Source: Alphaproteobacteria bacterium (GTDB taxonomy: Bacteria > Pseudomonadota > Alphaproteobacteria > MPNO01 > UBA830). From it: a DNA stretch of 64,000 bases. Positions 1-11,295 of the stretch are shown piece after piece; positions within the stretch are counted from its first letter, which is position 1; each line of letters opens with the position of its first letter. The translations under genes were made by a program, and so were the position numbers. The notes beneath the pieces were generated by a model. The model searched no databases. It was not told where the DNA came from and saw only the letters and a list, made by a program, of their open reading frames with translations. The stretch covers positions 1,184,001-1,248,000 of the forward strand of contig OZ251539.1 in NCBI GenBank assembly GCA_965243135.1, written 5' to 3'.

Positions 1-686
1 ACCACAAGGGCTATATCGGACGAATGCAGGCCGCGGTCGCGGCGGTCGCCGACGGCGAGGCCAGGCTCGACGTGCGGATCTGCAACCTCGTCAATCTTTT
101 CGAAAAGGGACGTCCGGTGAAGATGTCGAAGCGGAGCGGGACGTTCGTCACGCTTCGCGAAGTCGTCGACGAGGTCGGTCGGGACGTCGTGCGCTTCATG
201 ATGCTCACGCGAGGCAACGACGCGCCCCTCGACTTCGACCTCGAGCGGTCGCTCGAACAGTCCAGGGACAACCCGGTCTTCTACGTTCAGTACGCGCACG
301 CTCGCGCTTGTTCCGTCCTGCGCAACGTTCGCGACGTCTTTCCGCGCCTCGCGCTCGAAGATTCGGCGCTCGCGGCGGCCGACATGTCCGCGGTGGACGA
401 CGAGGCGGAGCTCGCCCTGATCCGGTCGCTCGCGGGATGGCCCAGGCTCGTGGAGGCGGCGGCGTCGGCTCGCGAACCGCACCGCGTCGCCTATTATCTT
501 CATCATGTGGCCGCCGCGTTTCACGGACTGTGGAACAAGGGCAACGAGACGGCGGGCCTTCGGTTCATCGTGCCGGACGACGAGGAACTCACACGCGCCC
601 GCCTGGCTCTGGTCCGGGCGACCGCCCTTGTCATCGCGTCCGGCTTGCAGATTATGGGGGTCGAGCCGGTCGAGGAGATGCGCTGA
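1..686 (+). CDS. argS: Arginine--tRNA ligase, C-terminal part (truncated by window start)
   Basis: KMSKRSG (KMSKS-like), [12 protein letters not shown] and DALR-type anticodon domain ending GVEPVEEMR. Confidence 0.95.
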   Translation, partial: HKGYIGRMQAAVAAVADGEARLDVRICNLVNLFEKGRPVKMSKRSGTFVTLREVVDEVGRDVVRFMMLTRGNDAPLDFDLERSLEQSRDNPVFYVQYAHARACSVLRNVRDVFPRLALEDSALAAADMSAVDDEAELALIRSLAGWPRLVEAAASAREPHRVAYYLHHVAAAFHGLWNKGNETAGLRFIVPDDEELTRARLALVRATALVIASGLQIMGVEPVEEMR

Positions 687-1432
687 TGGCCGAAGACGAA
701 AACGCAGGGCCGAACGCCGGGCGCTCCGCAAGGTTCGTCGGCAGGACCGCTCGGAGCCGTCGGCTGATGGGGACGCTCGCCGCCGTCGCGGTCGTCTGCG
801 GAGTCGGCGCGATGATGGTCTACGCCTACAACAAGGGCAGGCAGCACGGCGCGGCGGGCGAGCCGCCGATCATCAGGGCGCAGGAAGGGCCGATAAAGGT
901 TCGGCCCGAAGAGCCGGGCGGCATGACGGTGCCCGACCGGGACAAGGAGGTGTTCACCCGCCTGGAGACCGGCGAAAGGCCTGCCAACGTGGAGCGGCTT
1001 CTGCCGCCGCCGGACAGTCCGGTGGAGCGTCCGTCCGCGGCGCCGGAAACCGCCCCCGAAACGGCGGCGGCCGTCCAACCCGCGCCGACCGCGGATTCAT
1101 CGTCCGATCAGGAAGTCCGGCGAATGGAAATCCGGTCCGGGTACGAAATCGTGCTGCGGAAGAAGCCGCCGCCTCCGCCCGCCGCCAGGGCGTTCGCCGT
1201 GCAGATCGCGTCGCTGAAGTCCGAAGCGGCGGCCCGCGCGCGGTGGAGCGACCTGAATCGCCGTCATCCCGATCTTCTGCGCGGGCTTTCGCTCAGCGTC
1301 GATCGCGTGGCGTCGGAAAAAGGAGCTCGGTACCGCCTGCGCGCCGGACCCTTGCCCGACCGCGCCGCGGCCAAGCGCCTGTGCGATCGACTCACCGAGC
1401 GCGAGATCGGTTGCCTGATCGTCCGTCCATGA
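686..1432 (+). CDS. SPOR domain cell division protein
   Basis: ATG overlaps argS stop; TM helix, PPIIRA..GPIKVRPEEPGG, C-terminal VQIASL...YRLRAGP...C...C SPOR domain; argS-SPOR-nagZ synteny. Confidence 0.85.
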   Translation: MAEDENAGPNAGRSARFVGRTARSRRLMGTLAAVAVVCGVGAMMVYAYNKGRQHGAAGEPPIIRAQEGPIKVRPEEPGGMTVPDRDKEVFTRLETGERPANVERLLPPPDSPVERPSAAPETAPETAAAVQPAPTADSSSDQEVRRMEIRSGYEIVLRKKPPPPPAARAFAVQIASLKSEAAARARWSDLNRRHPDLLRGLSLSVDRVASEKGARYRLRAGPLPDRAAAKRLCDRLTEREIGCLIVRP

Positions 1433-1442
1433 GCCTCGGCGC

Positions 1443-2507
1443 GTGACGGCGGCCCTGGTCTTTGGATGCGCCGGACGGGTTCTCGGGAAGGACGAACGCT
1501 CGTTCTTCCGGGACGTCGATCCGTTGGGCTTCATTCTTTTCGCGAGGAACGTCGAATCTCCGGATCAGGTGCGCAAGCTGGTCGACGATCTGCGCGGGGC
1601 GGTTTCGCGCGCCGACGCGCCCGTCCTGATCGATCAGGAAGGGGGGAGGGTGCAGCGGCTCGGCCCGCCGCTCTGCCCGGCCCGGCCCGCCATGCGCAGG
1701 TTCGGGGAAGGCATGCCGCGCGATCCGGAGAACGCGGTTCTCTGCGCCGAGCTGAACGCCCGCCTCGTCGCCGCGGACCTCGCGGCGCTGGGAATCGACG
1801 TGAACTGCGCTCCGGTTCTCGATCTTCAGGCTCCCGGCGGCCATGAAGTGATCGGCGACCGCGCCTTTTCCGGCGATCCCGAAACGGTCGCGCGCCTGGG
1901 AGCTGCGGTCTGCCGCGGCCTGGCGGCCGGCGGGGTGGTGCCCGTGGTGAAGCATCTGCCCGGCCACGGACGCGCCGGGGCGGACAGTCATCGGGAGCTC
2001 CCCCGGGTGCAAGCGTCGCTCGACCTGCTGGCGAGGACCGACTTCGCGCCGTTCGCGGCGCTTAACGGCGCGCCCGCGGGCATGACCGCGCATGTCGCCT
2101 ACGAAGCCGTCGACCCCGGCCGCCCCGGCAGCGTCTCGGAGGCCGTGATCGGCGGCATCGTCCGGTCCCGGATCGGTTTCGACGGCCTGCTGTTTTCCGA
2201 CGACCTGTGCATGGACGCCCTTGCCGGAGGACCCGCGGAGAGAGTGGAAGCCGCGTTGCGGGCGGGTTGCGACGTGGCCCTTCACTGCAGCGGCGATCTC
2301 GAGAGCATGCGGTCGGCGGCCGCCGACCGCCGGGATCTCGCGCCGGCCGCCCGCGAAAGATTGCGGCGCGCGCGCGCCGCGGCGTCGTTCGGAGACTTCG
2401 ACCGGCAGGATGCGCAACGGCGCGTCGACGAGTTCCTGCGCGTTGGCGAGAATCGGCGGGGCGGCTATAGTCGCGGACAGGCTGGAATCACGGTTCGCGA
2501 GCGATGA
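1443..2507 (+). CDS. nagZ: Beta-N-acetylhexosaminidase (GH3)
   Basis: GFILFARN, IDQEGGRVQR, KHLPGHG...DSH, SDDL.M motifs. Confidence 0.93.
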   Translation: MTAALVFGCAGRVLGKDERSFFRDVDPLGFILFARNVESPDQVRKLVDDLRGAVSRADAPVLIDQEGGRVQRLGPPLCPARPAMRRFGEGMPRDPENAVLCAELNARLVAADLAALGIDVNCAPVLDLQAPGGHEVIGDRAFSGDPETVARLGAAVCRGLAAGGVVPVVKHLPGHGRAGADSHRELPRVQASLDLLARTDFAPFAALNGAPAGMTAHVAYEAVDPGRPGSVSEAVIGGIVRSRIGFDGLLFSDDLCMDALAGGPAERVEAALRAGCDVALHCSGDLESMRSAAADRRDLAPAARERLRRARAAASFGDFDRQDAQRRVDEFLRVGENRRGGYSRGQAGITVRER

Positions 2508-3280
2508 ATCCAGAAGCGGACAGTTTCGAGGAAGATTTCCCGCGGCAGGATCTCGTGCTCGATCTCGACGGGTTCGAGGGGCCGATCGATCTGCTCCTCA
2601 ACCTCGCCCGCCAGCAGAAGGTGGACCTCTCCCGCATCTCGATCCTCCGGCTCGCGGAGCAATACCTCGATTTCATCGCCGCCGCGCGGCGGCTGCGGCT
2701 CGAGATCGCCGCCGACTATCTGGTGATGGCCGCATGGCTCGCTTACCTCAAGTCGAGGCTGTTGCTGCCCGAGCCGGAGCCCGGAGAGGAGGCGTCCGCT
2801 CCGGAACTCGCCGACGCGCTGGCGTTGCGGCTCAGGCGGCTCGACGCCATGCGGAACGCGGGAGAGAATCTGCTCCAGAGGCCGCGCCTCGGCCGGGACG
2901 TGTTCGCCCGGGGAGCGCCGGAAGGCATCGAGGTCTTCCAGACCCACGTCTACGAGGTGTCGCTGTTCGATCTGCTGAAGGCGTACGGCGACAACCGGCG
3001 CCGGGCCGATTCCTCGCAACTGACCATCGAGACCTCGAAGCTCTATTCGCTGAGCGACGCTCTGGAGCGGTTGTCGCGGCAGATCGGCCATACCGTCGAA
3101 TGGACGTCCCTGGCGGCGTTCTTCCCGGAGGAGTTGACGGACGCTCTGGTCTTCCGGTCCGCGGTCGCGTCCACTCTTGCGGCGAGCCTGGAGCTCGTGC
3201 GGGACGGAAAGGCCGCGATCCGTCAGTCGAACGCTTTCGGTCCCATCCAGATCCGTGGCAAGGAGGCCGCGAATGGTTGA
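2504..3280 (+). CDS. scpA: Segregation/condensation protein A
   Basis: FEGPIDLLL, ADYLVMAAWLAYLKSRLLLP. Confidence 0.95.
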   Translation: MNPEADSFEEDFPRQDLVLDLDGFEGPIDLLLNLARQQKVDLSRISILRLAEQYLDFIAAARRLRLEIAADYLVMAAWLAYLKSRLLLPEPEPGEEASAPELADALALRLRRLDAMRNAGENLLQRPRLGRDVFARGAPEGIEVFQTHVYEVSLFDLLKAYGDNRRRADSSQLTIETSKLYSLSDALERLSRQIGHTVEWTSLAAFFPEELTDALVFRSAVASTLAASLELVRDGKAAIRQSNAFGPIQIRGKEAANG

Positions 3281-3887
3281 AATCACGCAGGAAACGAGGA
3301 TCGTCGAGGCGTTGCTGTTCGCGGCGACGCAACCGGTGAGCGAATCCTTTCTCGCCGAGCGCCTGCCGGAGGACGCGGATGTCGCGCAGGTGCTTGCGGA
3401 GCTGAAGGCGCTGTACGACGGCCGGGGCGTCAATCTCGTTCGCGTCGCCGGGGCGTGGTCGATGCGCACGGCGCCCGACCTGTCGCCTCATCTCCGCATC
3501 GAGCGGAAGGTGACGCGCAAGCCCTCGCGGGCGGCCGTGGAATCCCTGGCGATCATCGCCTATCACCAGCCGGTGACGCGCGGCGACGTGGAGGAGATCC
3601 GGGGCGTTTCGGTCAGCAAGGGCTCGTTCGACGTGCTTCTGGAAGCGGGCTGGATCAAGCCGGTCGGCCGTCGCCAGACCCCGGGCCGGCCGACCACCTG
3701 GGGCACCACCGCCGCGTTCCTGGAGGAGTTCGGCCTCGATTCCCTCGCCGATCTTCCCGGCGTCGACGAATTGAAGGCGTCCGGGCTTCTGGACGCGCGG
3801 CCGGCCGGCGCGATCGTCAGCGAGACCGGAACTCTCTTTTCCGGGGAGCGGCCGCTGTCCGAGACCGACGATCTCGCGACGACCTGA
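3273..3887 (+). CDS. scpB: SMC-Scp complex subunit ScpB
   Basis: [38 protein letters not shown]. Confidence 0.95.
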   Translation: MVEITQETRIVEALLFAATQPVSESFLAERLPEDADVAQVLAELKALYDGRGVNLVRVAGAWSMRTAPDLSPHLRIERKVTRKPSRAAVESLAIIAYHQPVTRGDVEEIRGVSVSKGSFDVLLEAGWIKPVGRRQTPGRPTTWGTTAAFLEEFGLDSLADLPGVDELKASGLLDARPAGAIVSETGTLFSGERPLSETDDLATT

Positions 3888-4985
3888 ATGCCGCGCGCGC
3901 CCGAATCTTCGCCCGCGGCGGGCGACGGACACGCTCCGGGGCTCGTGCTCGCGGAGGTGAGCCACGCCGTCGGGCAGCAGGCGATCCTGAAGCGGGTGAA
4001 CCTCGACGTCGCGCCCGGAGAGATACTCTGCCTGCTCGGTCCGTCGGGATGCGGCAAGACGACGACGCTTCGCCTCATCGCCGGCCTCGAGGCGCTGCAG
4101 GCCGGCAGCATCGAATGGAACGGCGCCGTTCTCGCGGACCGGACGGGCGGTCTTCTGCCGGAGGAAAGGGGAGTCAGCCTGCTGTTCCAGGACTATGCGC
4201 TCTTTCCTCATCTCACGGCGGCGGAAAACGTCGCCTTCGGCCTTGCCGGCCTTTCGCGGGCCGAAAAGGACGCCCGCGTCCGGGAGGTTCTCGATCAGGT
4301 CGGAATGCTGGAATTCGCCGACCGCTACCCGCGTTTTCTTTCCGGCGGCGAGCAGCAGAGAATCGCGCTCGCGCGGGCGCGGGCGCCGAAGCCCCGGATC
4401 CTTCTGCTCGACGAGCCGTTTTCGAGCCTCGACACCAGGTTGCGCACGCAGACCCGCGATCTCTGCCTGCACATCCTCAAGCGGTCCCGGTCCGCCTCGC
4501 TGATCGTCACCCACGACGCGGAGGAGGCGATGTTCATGGGCGACCGGATCGCGGTGATGCGGGAGGGAACCGTCGTCCAGGCCGGGAGTCCGGAGGAATT
4601 GTACTTTCATCCGGCGGACCGTTTCGTCGCGGGGCTGTTCGGCGAGTTGAACAAGATCCGGGGCCGGGTCCGGGAAGGGCACGTGGAGACGCCGATCGGA
4701 CGGGTCTGCTCTCCGGGCATCCGCGAGGGCGCGGCGGCGGACGTGCTGATCCGGCCCGAGGCGATCGGCATCGCGCCCCGCTCCGACGCCGGCGCTTCGG
4801 GCGTCGTCGTGGCGGCGCGCTTGCTGGGGGGATCGACCCTTCTGCATCTCGCGGTCGCCGACGCCGAGGCGGGAGAGCTTCACCTGCATTCCCGCGTGCC
4901 TGGGTTCGCGTTGCCGCCCGAGGGAATGATCGTCGGGATCAGGCTGGAAAGCCGGAGCGTGTTCGTCTTTCCCGCGGACCGCTAG
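3888..4985 (+). CDS. ABC transporter ATP-binding protein (FbpC/PotA-like, TOBE)
   Basis: [33 protein letters not shown]. Confidence 0.9.
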   Translation: MPRAPESSPAAGDGHAPGLVLAEVSHAVGQQAILKRVNLDVAPGEILCLLGPSGCGKTTTLRLIAGLEALQAGSIEWNGAVLADRTGGLLPEERGVSLLFQDYALFPHLTAAENVAFGLAGLSRAEKDARVREVLDQVGMLEFADRYPRFLSGGEQQRIALARARAPKPRILLLDEPFSSLDTRLRTQTRDLCLHILKRSRSASLIVTHDAEEAMFMGDRIAVMREGTVVQAGSPEELYFHPADRFVAGLFGELNKIRGRVREGHVETPIGRVCSPGIREGAAADVLIRPEAIGIAPRSDAGASGVVVAARLLGGSTLLHLAVADAEAGELHLHSRVPGFALPPEGMIVGIRLESRSVFVFPADR

Positions 4986-5050
4986 AGCCGTTGCGGCGAC
5001 CGGTTCTTTCTGCGATTATCGGCTCTGGCAGTCAATCGGGAGCGCCTCCA

Positions 5051-5284
5051 ATGGGAACCTTCAGCATATGGCACTGGCTCGTCGTGCTCGTCGTCGTGCT
5101 TGTCCTGTTCGGCGGCGGCGGCAAGTTGTCCCGCCTGATGGGCGACGCCGCTCGCGGCATCACCGCCTTCAAGAAAGGCCTGAAGGAGGATGCCGAAACG
5201 GGCAAGGTCGGCCAGGACAAGGCGCTGGACTCCTCGGAGACGATCGTCGACGGCGCGAAGAAGGACGAAACGGCGAAAGGTTGA
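5051..5284 (+). CDS. tatA: Twin-arginine translocase TatA
   Basis: [25 protein letters not shown]....GI.AFKKGLK. Confidence 0.95.
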   Translation: MGTFSIWHWLVVLVVVLVLFGGGGKLSRLMGDAARGITAFKKGLKEDAETGKVGQDKALDSSETIVDGAKKDETAKG

Positions 5285-5323
5285 CGTTGCCCGCGGACAG
5301 CGGGCCTGGAGGAACGCCCGGCC

Positions 5324-5692
5324 ATGCTTGACATCGGCGGCTGGGAATTTCTGATGATCGTCGTGCTCGGCATAATCATCATCGGACCCAAAGAGCTTCC
5401 CGGCGCGATCAGAACCATCAACGCGTTCGTGCGAAAGGCGCGGGGCATGGCTCGCGACTTCCAGTCGGGGATCGAGGAGATGGCGCAGGAAGCGGAACTC
5501 GACAAGCTCAAGGACCAACTCGTCGGCGACACCGTCGGCATCGAACGGCAGATCGAGGAAACGATCGATCCGGACGGCGAGATTCGCGCGATCGGGCGAT
5601 CCGACTGGGAGGACGACGATCGGGCTCCCGAAGACGGCTCGGAGGAGGACGAACGGAGAGAGGGCGGAGTCAGGAGCGATCCCGCCGCATGA
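5324..5692 (+). CDS. tatB: Twin-arginine translocase TatB
   Basis: MLDIGGWE...IGPKELP; between tatA and tatC. Confidence 0.95.
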   Translation: MLDIGGWEFLMIVVLGIIIIGPKELPGAIRTINAFVRKARGMARDFQSGIEEMAQEAELDKLKDQLVGDTVGIERQIEETIDPDGEIRAIGRSDWEDDDRAPEDGSEEDERREGGVRSDPAA

Positions 5693-6486
5693 ACGACCGC
5701 GATATCGAAGACAAGCGAATGCCGCTGCTCGATCATCTGGTCGAGCTGCGCACCCGCCTGATCTATTCCTTCGCCGGTTTCGTCGTGCTGTTCATCGGCA
5801 GCTTCGTTTTCGCCCAGGAGATCTACGATTTCTTCGTTCGGCCGCTCGCCCGCGCGCTGGAGGACCGCGAGGGCGCGCGCATGATCTTCACTGCGCTGTA
5901 CGAGCCGTTCCTCGCCCAGATCAAGGTCGCCTTCTACACCGGACTGTTTCTGGCCTTTCCGGTGATCTCCATCCAGATGTGGCTTTTCGTCGCGCCCGGG
6001 CTCTACCGCAACGAAAAGCGGGCGTTCCTGCCGTTTCTCGTCGCCACGCCGATATTGTTCTTTCTGGGCGGCGCGCTGGTCTATTTCTTCATCATGCCGC
6101 TGGCCTGGGAGTTCTTCCTCAACTTCCAGACGACGCCGGGGGAGACCGCGCTTCCGGTCGAAGTCGAACCCAAGGTCGACCAGTATCTGTCGCTCGTGCT
6201 GCGCCTGATTTTCGCGTTCGGAATCGCTTTCGAACTGCCGGTGCTGCTGATCCTCATGGCGCGGGTCGGCCTGGTCACCGCCGACGGGCTCGCCGCGAAG
6301 CGGCGCTACGCGATCGTGGGGGTGTTCGTGCTGGCCGCCGTTCTGACGCCGCCCGACGTCATCAGCCAGATCGGCCTCGCCGTGCCGATAATTCTCCTTT
6401 ACGAGGTGTCGATCTTCGGCGCGCGCATCATCGAGAAGAGGCGCGCCGCCGAGGAAGACGGAGAACCCGAGCGCGGAGCGGCCTGA
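5689..6486 (+). CDS. tatC: Twin-arginine translocase TatC
   Basis: MPLLDHLVELRTRL, FVAPGLY..EK, LTPPDVISQ. Confidence 0.97.
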   Translation: MNDRDIEDKRMPLLDHLVELRTRLIYSFAGFVVLFIGSFVFAQEIYDFFVRPLARALEDREGARMIFTALYEPFLAQIKVAFYTGLFLAFPVISIQMWLFVAPGLYRNEKRAFLPFLVATPILFFLGGALVYFFIMPLAWEFFLNFQTTPGETALPVEVEPKVDQYLSLVLRLIFAFGIAFELPVLLILMARVGLVTADGLAAKRRYAIVGVFVLAAVLTPPDVISQIGLAVPIILLYEVSIFGARIIEKRRAAEEDGEPERGAA

Positions 6487-6520
6487 GATTCGCGCGCAGA
6501 TGGGATAATACGGTCAGGCC

Positions 6521-7804
6521 ATGCATGACGTCAGATGGATTCGCGAGAACGCCGAAACCTTCGACGCCGGGCTCGCGCGGCGCGGGCTTTCGGCGTCGTC
6601 TCCCGGCATCCTCGCGCTCGACGGGGAGAGCCGCCGCCTGACCACCGAGTTGCAGGCGTTGCAGACCCGCCGCAACGAGGCGTCCCGCATGATCGGAGCG
6701 CTCAAGTCCAAGGGAGAGGACGCCGGGGAGCTTGTCTCCGAGGTCGCCGGGATCAAGGATCGGATGGCCGATCTCGAGGACGAACGGCAACGCGTCAAGG
6801 ACGATATCGCCGAGCAGCTGGAAGTCCTTCCCAACATTCCCGGGGACGACGTGCCGGACGGCGAGGACGAGAGCGCCAACGTCGAGCTCCGCGTCGTCGG
6901 CGAGAAGCCGTCCTTCGACTTCGCGCCTCGCGATCACGTCGATCTGGGCGAAGCTCTGGACTTGCTCGACTTCAAGGCGGCGTCCGGTCTGGCCGGATCG
7001 CGTTTCGTGGTGACGAAAGGCCTTGCCGCGCGAATGGAGCGCGCGCTCGCCTCGCTCATGCTCGACGTCCATACGGGCGAGTTCGGCTACACGGAGGTCA
7101 GTCCGCCGCTGCTCGTCAGGCGGGAGACGGTTTACGGAACCGGCCAGTTGCCGAAATTCGAGGACGATCTCTTCAGCACGGCCGACGGCCGCTGGCTGAT
7201 ACCGACGGCCGAGGTGCCCGTCACCAGCCTCGCGGCGAACGCCATACTCGCGGCGAGCGATCTGCCGCTGCGCTTCGCGGCGCATACCGCCTGCTTTCGA
7301 TCGGAGGCCGGCGCCGCCGGAAAGGACACGAGGGGCATGTTGCGCCAGCATCAGTTCTACAAGGTCGAACTGGTCAGCGTCGCCCATCCGGAGGCTTCGG
7401 AAGCGGAACTCGAACGCATGACCGGTTGCGCGGAGGAGATACTCCGGCGGCTCGGACTGCACTACCGCGTCGTCGCCCTGGCGACCGGAGACCTCGGTTT
7501 CGCGGCCCGCAAGACCTACGACCTGGAGGTATGGCTTCCCGGACAGGACCGCTATCGGGAGATCTCCAGCTGTTCCAACTGCGGCGATTTCCAGGCGCGG
7601 CGGATGGGCGCCCGGTTCCGGCCGGCCGGCGGAAAGGGAACCGCGTTCGTCCATACGCTCAACGGATCCGGCCTTGCAGTCGGGCGCACCCTGATCGCGG
7701 TTCTGGAGAACTATCAACGGAGCGACGGCTCCATCGCAATCCCCGAGGTCCTGCGGCCCTACATGGGCGGCGTCGAGGAGATTTTGGCGCCGGAGACGGC
7801 CTGA
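6521..7804 (+). CDS. serS: Serine--tRNA ligase
   Basis: [41 protein letters not shown]. Confidence 0.98.
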   Translation: MHDVRWIRENAETFDAGLARRGLSASSPGILALDGESRRLTTELQALQTRRNEASRMIGALKSKGEDAGELVSEVAGIKDRMADLEDERQRVKDDIAEQLEVLPNIPGDDVPDGEDESANVELRVVGEKPSFDFAPRDHVDLGEALDLLDFKAASGLAGSRFVVTKGLAARMERALASLMLDVHTGEFGYTEVSPPLLVRRETVYGTGQLPKFEDDLFSTADGRWLIPTAEVPVTSLAANAILAASDLPLRFAAHTACFRSEAGAAGKDTRGMLRQHQFYKVELVSVAHPEASEAELERMTGCAEEILRRLGLHYRVVALATGDLGFAARKTYDLEVWLPGQDRYREISSCSNCGDFQARRMGARFRPAGGKGTAFVHTLNGSGLAVGRTLIAVLENYQRSDGSIAIPEVLRPYMGGVEEILAPETA

Positions 7805-8571
7805 TGGAGTTTCGGCGAACGCGGATACTGGTCACCAACGACGACGGCATCAACGCGCCGGGGATCAAGATCCTCGAAAAAATCGCGAGGCGGCTCTCCA
7901 GCGACGTTTGGGTCGTCGCGCCGGAAACCGAGCAGAGCGGCGCCGGCCATTCGCTGACCCTCACGGCGCCGCTCAGGATTCGCCGCATTTCGCGGCGCAG
8001 ATTCGCCGTGAACGGCACCCCGACGGATTGCGTGCTGCTGGGCGTTCAGCACATCGTCGCCAGCCGTCGTCCCGAACTGATCCTTTCCGGCGTCAATGCC
8101 GGCGGCAATCTCGGAGAGGACATCACCTATTCCGGTACGGTCGCGGCGGCGATGGAGGGCGCGTTGCTCGGCATACGTTCGATCGCCCTGAGCCAGATGC
8201 GGATCTACGGCGAGAACGTCCGGTGGGGGCCTGCGCAAGGGCATGCGGAACGCGTCGTCCGAACGCTCGCTGCGCTGGACGTCCCGCTCAAGGTGTTGAT
8301 GAACGTGAACTTTCCCGACGTTCCGCCGGACGACGTGCGGAGCCCGGAAATCACCGTGCAAGGACGCAGAAAGATCGGCGACGCCGTCACCGTCGGCAGC
8401 GACCCGCGCGGCCACGGTTTCGTGTGGATCGGGACGGAGCGCGACGAGGATCCCTCGTTCGCTGGATCTGATCTGAAGGCCGTGAACGACGGCAGGATAT
8501 CGATCACGCCGCTCGGCATCGATTTCACGCATCGTCGCACCATTCCCGCGTTGAAGCGGGCTTTCCCGTGA
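7804..8571 (+). CDS. surE: 5'/3'-nucleotidase SurE
   Basis: RILVTNDDG, GTPTDCV, SGVN.G.N, YSGTVAAA. Confidence 0.96.
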   Translation: MEFRRTRILVTNDDGINAPGIKILEKIARRLSSDVWVVAPETEQSGAGHSLTLTAPLRIRRISRRRFAVNGTPTDCVLLGVQHIVASRRPELILSGVNAGGNLGEDITYSGTVAAAMEGALLGIRSIALSQMRIYGENVRWGPAQGHAERVVRTLAALDVPLKVLMNVNFPDVPPDDVRSPEITVQGRRKIGDAVTVGSDPRGHGFVWIGTERDEDPSFAGSDLKAVNDGRISITPLGIDFTHRRTIPALKRAFP

Positions 8572-9206
8572 TGTTCGAAGCGCACCGCATGCGCCTGCTC
8601 ATGGAGATGCGGGGGGACGGCGTTACCGATTCGCGCGTGCTGGGCGCCATCGAAAAGGTTCGCCGCGAGGTCTTCGTTCCGCCGACGTTCCGGGATCAGG
8701 CGTACGAGAACAGGCCGCTGCCCATCGGCAGCGGCCAGACCATCAGCCAGCCGTCCGTGGTGGCGTTCATGACGCAATCGCTCCAGGTCGGATCGCGCAT
8801 GAAGGTTCTGGAGATCGGCACCGGTTCGGGTTACCAGACCGCCGTGCTCGCGCAATTGTGCGGACGGGTCTATACGATCGAGCGAATCCGCGATCTGCTG
8901 ACCGAAGCGGAAGCGAGGTTCGCGGAACTGCGGATTTCCAATATCACGACCCGTCTTGGCGACGGAGCGCGGGGATGGCCGGAGCAGAACTCCTTCGACC
9001 GGATCATCGTCACCGCAGCTGCAAGCGACGAGGTGCCGAACGCGTTGTTCGAGCAGCTCGATCCCGACGGCGTCCTGATTGCGCCGGTTGGCGCCTCGCC
9101 GCACGACCAGCATCTATACAAGTTCACGTTCGATTCGGACGGCGCGATTGTCCGGGAAAGGCTGTGGCACGTCAGATTCGTGCCGCTGGTCGGAGGTGAT
9201 CCGTAA
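8568..9206 (+). CDS. pcm: Protein-L-isoaspartate O-methyltransferase
   Basis: GQTISQP, VLEIGTGSGY, VRFVPL; surE-pcm-nlpD synteny. Confidence 0.96.
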   Translation: MMFEAHRMRLLMEMRGDGVTDSRVLGAIEKVRREVFVPPTFRDQAYENRPLPIGSGQTISQPSVVAFMTQSLQVGSRMKVLEIGTGSGYQTAVLAQLCGRVYTIERIRDLLTEAEARFAELRISNITTRLGDGARGWPEQNSFDRIIVTAAASDEVPNALFEQLDPDGVLIAPVGASPHDQHLYKFTFDSDGAIVRERLWHVRFVPLVGGDP

Positions 9207-10044
9207 CCGCCCGGCCGGGTTCGCGGTCCGTCGCCCGGGGCGAAAAGATCGGGCCGGTCGCGTCGTGGCCGCGATCGCGATCGCGGCAGGCGCCTGCGCG
9301 CCGATTCCCGAAACGGGGAGCGGGACGCCGCCGCTCCCGCCGCCGTCCGGAACGGTAGAGGTTCGGGAGGGAGATTCGCTCTCCAGGATCGCCCGGCGTC
9401 ACGGCGTATCGTTGCGCGATCTGATCGAGGTCAATCGGGCATCGCCGCCCTACAGGATTTATCCCGGCCAGAAACTGCGACTGCCGGGCCGATCCGCAAC
9501 CGCCGCCGAGGATCCGTCCCGGAACGGAGGCGGGCGCACCGCGCCTCGTTCGGCTTCCGGCGTTTCGACTGTCGAAAGCGGCGCTCCGGCCGAGGAGACG
9601 CTGGCGGAACGGTCGTCGGCGAACGCGGGATCCTCGAACGGCCTGCAGCCGCCGGAGGGAGGTCTCGACTTCATGTGGCCGCTCGAGGGAAGGATTCTGG
9701 CGCGCTACGGCCGGATCGGCGACGGCCGGCGCAACGACGGCATAAACATCGCGGGCCGTCGCGGCGATCCCGTTCGCGCGGTCGCCGACGGGACCGTGAG
9801 CTATGCAGGCAACGAAATCAGAGGATTCGGCAACCTGTTGCTGGTTCGGCACGCGAACGGCTGGATTTCCGCTTACGCCCACAACGAGCGGGTGCTGGTG
9901 CGGAAGGGAGAGCGCGTAAGGAAGGGGCAGGTCGTATCGAGAGTCGGAAGCACCGGAAACGTGGGCGGTCCGCAGTTGCATTTCGAGCTGCGCCGCAACG
10001 ATCGCCTCGTCGATCCCGAGCGCCATTTGCCGAGAATGAGATAG
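9196..10044 (+). CDS. nlpD: LysM + M23 peptidase-family lipoprotein (NlpD-like)
   Basis: Lipobox-like AGAC, LysM (VREGDSLSRIARRHGV), NDGINI, AYAHN, PQLHFELR; start codon uncertain. Confidence 0.85.
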   Translation: MIRNRPAGFAVRRPGRKDRAGRVVAAIAIAAGACAPIPETGSGTPPLPPPSGTVEVREGDSLSRIARRHGVSLRDLIEVNRASPPYRIYPGQKLRLPGRSATAAEDPSRNGGGRTAPRSASGVSTVESGAPAEETLAERSSANAGSSNGLQPPEGGLDFMWPLEGRILARYGRIGDGRRNDGINIAGRRGDPVRAVADGTVSYAGNEIRGFGNLLLVRHANGWISAYAHNERVLVRKGERVRKGQVVSRVGSTGNVGGPQLHFELRRNDRLVDPERHLPRMR

Positions 10045-10211
10045 GCGGGCGAAGGATTGCGAGAAGGCCGAACCGGGCGCCGGGGGGTAACGTCCGGCCA
10101 CGGCGGGACGGCGTTCGATCGCGGCCGGCGCCCGCTTGCCAGACTGCCGCAGCCAAAACGCCGCATCGGGCCGTTGAAGCGCCCGTTCGGGGTTTCTCAC
10201 GGCGGATCCGC

Positions 10212-10240
10212 AAGTCACGAAAAGTTCACGGCATCTTCAA
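10212..10240 (+). promoter_or_regulatory. Putative PhoB (Pho box) direct-repeat array
   Basis: AAGTCAC-GAAA-AGTTCAC-GGCA-TCTTCAA: TCA core at an exact 11-bp period (10215, 10226, 10237), about 100 bp upstream of the phoX relic. Confidence 0.55.
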
Positions 10241-10334
10241 ATGCCGGCAACCTTTCTCCGTCAGTAAGCTCGCGGTCGAGGGGGATACGCTGCGCCGCCC
10301 GCCCGCGAGAGCTTTCAGCGTGACAGGAGAACCC

Positions 10335-11220
10335 ATGAAGAATGCGGAAGATCGGCTTTCGCCGTCACCAACGGACTTCGAAATTCTTGCCGAAAAGGCG
10401 CTTTCGAGACGTCGTTTCCTTCAAACCGGCGGAGCGTTCGGCGCTGCGGTGTTCGCCGCAGGCGCGATCGGGCCTGCGGCTGCCGGCCGGGCTTCGAGGC
10501 CGTAACCGCGAATACGCTTGACACGGTCACCCTTCCCGAAGGTTACAGCTGGCACGTCGTCGCGAGCCGGGGCGATCCTCTCTGGTCCGATGCGCCCCCG
10601 TTCGATCTGGCGACTCGCGGCACCGGGGCCAGCCAGGAGCGCGCGATGGGGGACAACAACGACGGCATGGAACTCTTCAACGCCGACGGGCGGCCTTGCG
10701 GTCAACAACGAATACGTGAACACCGACATCGTCCACGGCAACCGCGTTTCCAGGAAACCCGAAACCGGGAACGACATCCGGAAGAGCAAGACGGGGCACG
10801 GGGTCACCGTGGCCGAAATTTCTCGGGCGAACGGAAAATGGTCCATCGTCAAGGACTCGCCCTTCAACCGCCGCATCACGGCGGATACGAGAATGGAGAT
10901 CACCGGGCCGGCGCACGGTCACGATCTGATCAAAACCGCGGCCGACGATGCGGGCGCTACAGCTTTGGGAACCTGGAACGACTGCGGGGGCGGCCGTGGG
11001 CCCTTGGGGAACGTATCTCGCTTGCGAGAAGAACTTCAATGGATATTTCTCAAGCAGCGATCCTGATTACAAGATACCGACGTCGTCGTTGAGGCGCTAC
11101 GGCGTCAAGACCAAGGATTGGGGTTACGGCTGGGCGCGAGAAGACGAGCGTTTCGACGTTTCCCGGCATCGCAACGAGCCTGATCGCTTTGGCTACGTTG
11201 TCGAGATCGATCCCCGGCGC
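10335..11220 (+). pseudogene. phoX: PhoX-family alkaline phosphatase, frameshifted and 3'-truncated
   Basis: Tat signal SRRRFL, then MGDNNDGM, VNNEYVN, NRRITADT, PWGTYLACE.NF, NEP.RFGYVVEIDP scattered across different frames. Confidence 0.88.
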
Positions 11221-11295
11221 TCCGCTCCGGATGGTGCCGATTGCCGACCACCTGTGTTGCGCTTCAAGCTCGAAAGCCCAATCCGGGCCGCGACG

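Noticed and set aside
3888-4985. Orphan ABC ATPase without permease
   Set aside because: This scpB-ABC-tatA arrangement is common in Alphaproteobacteria
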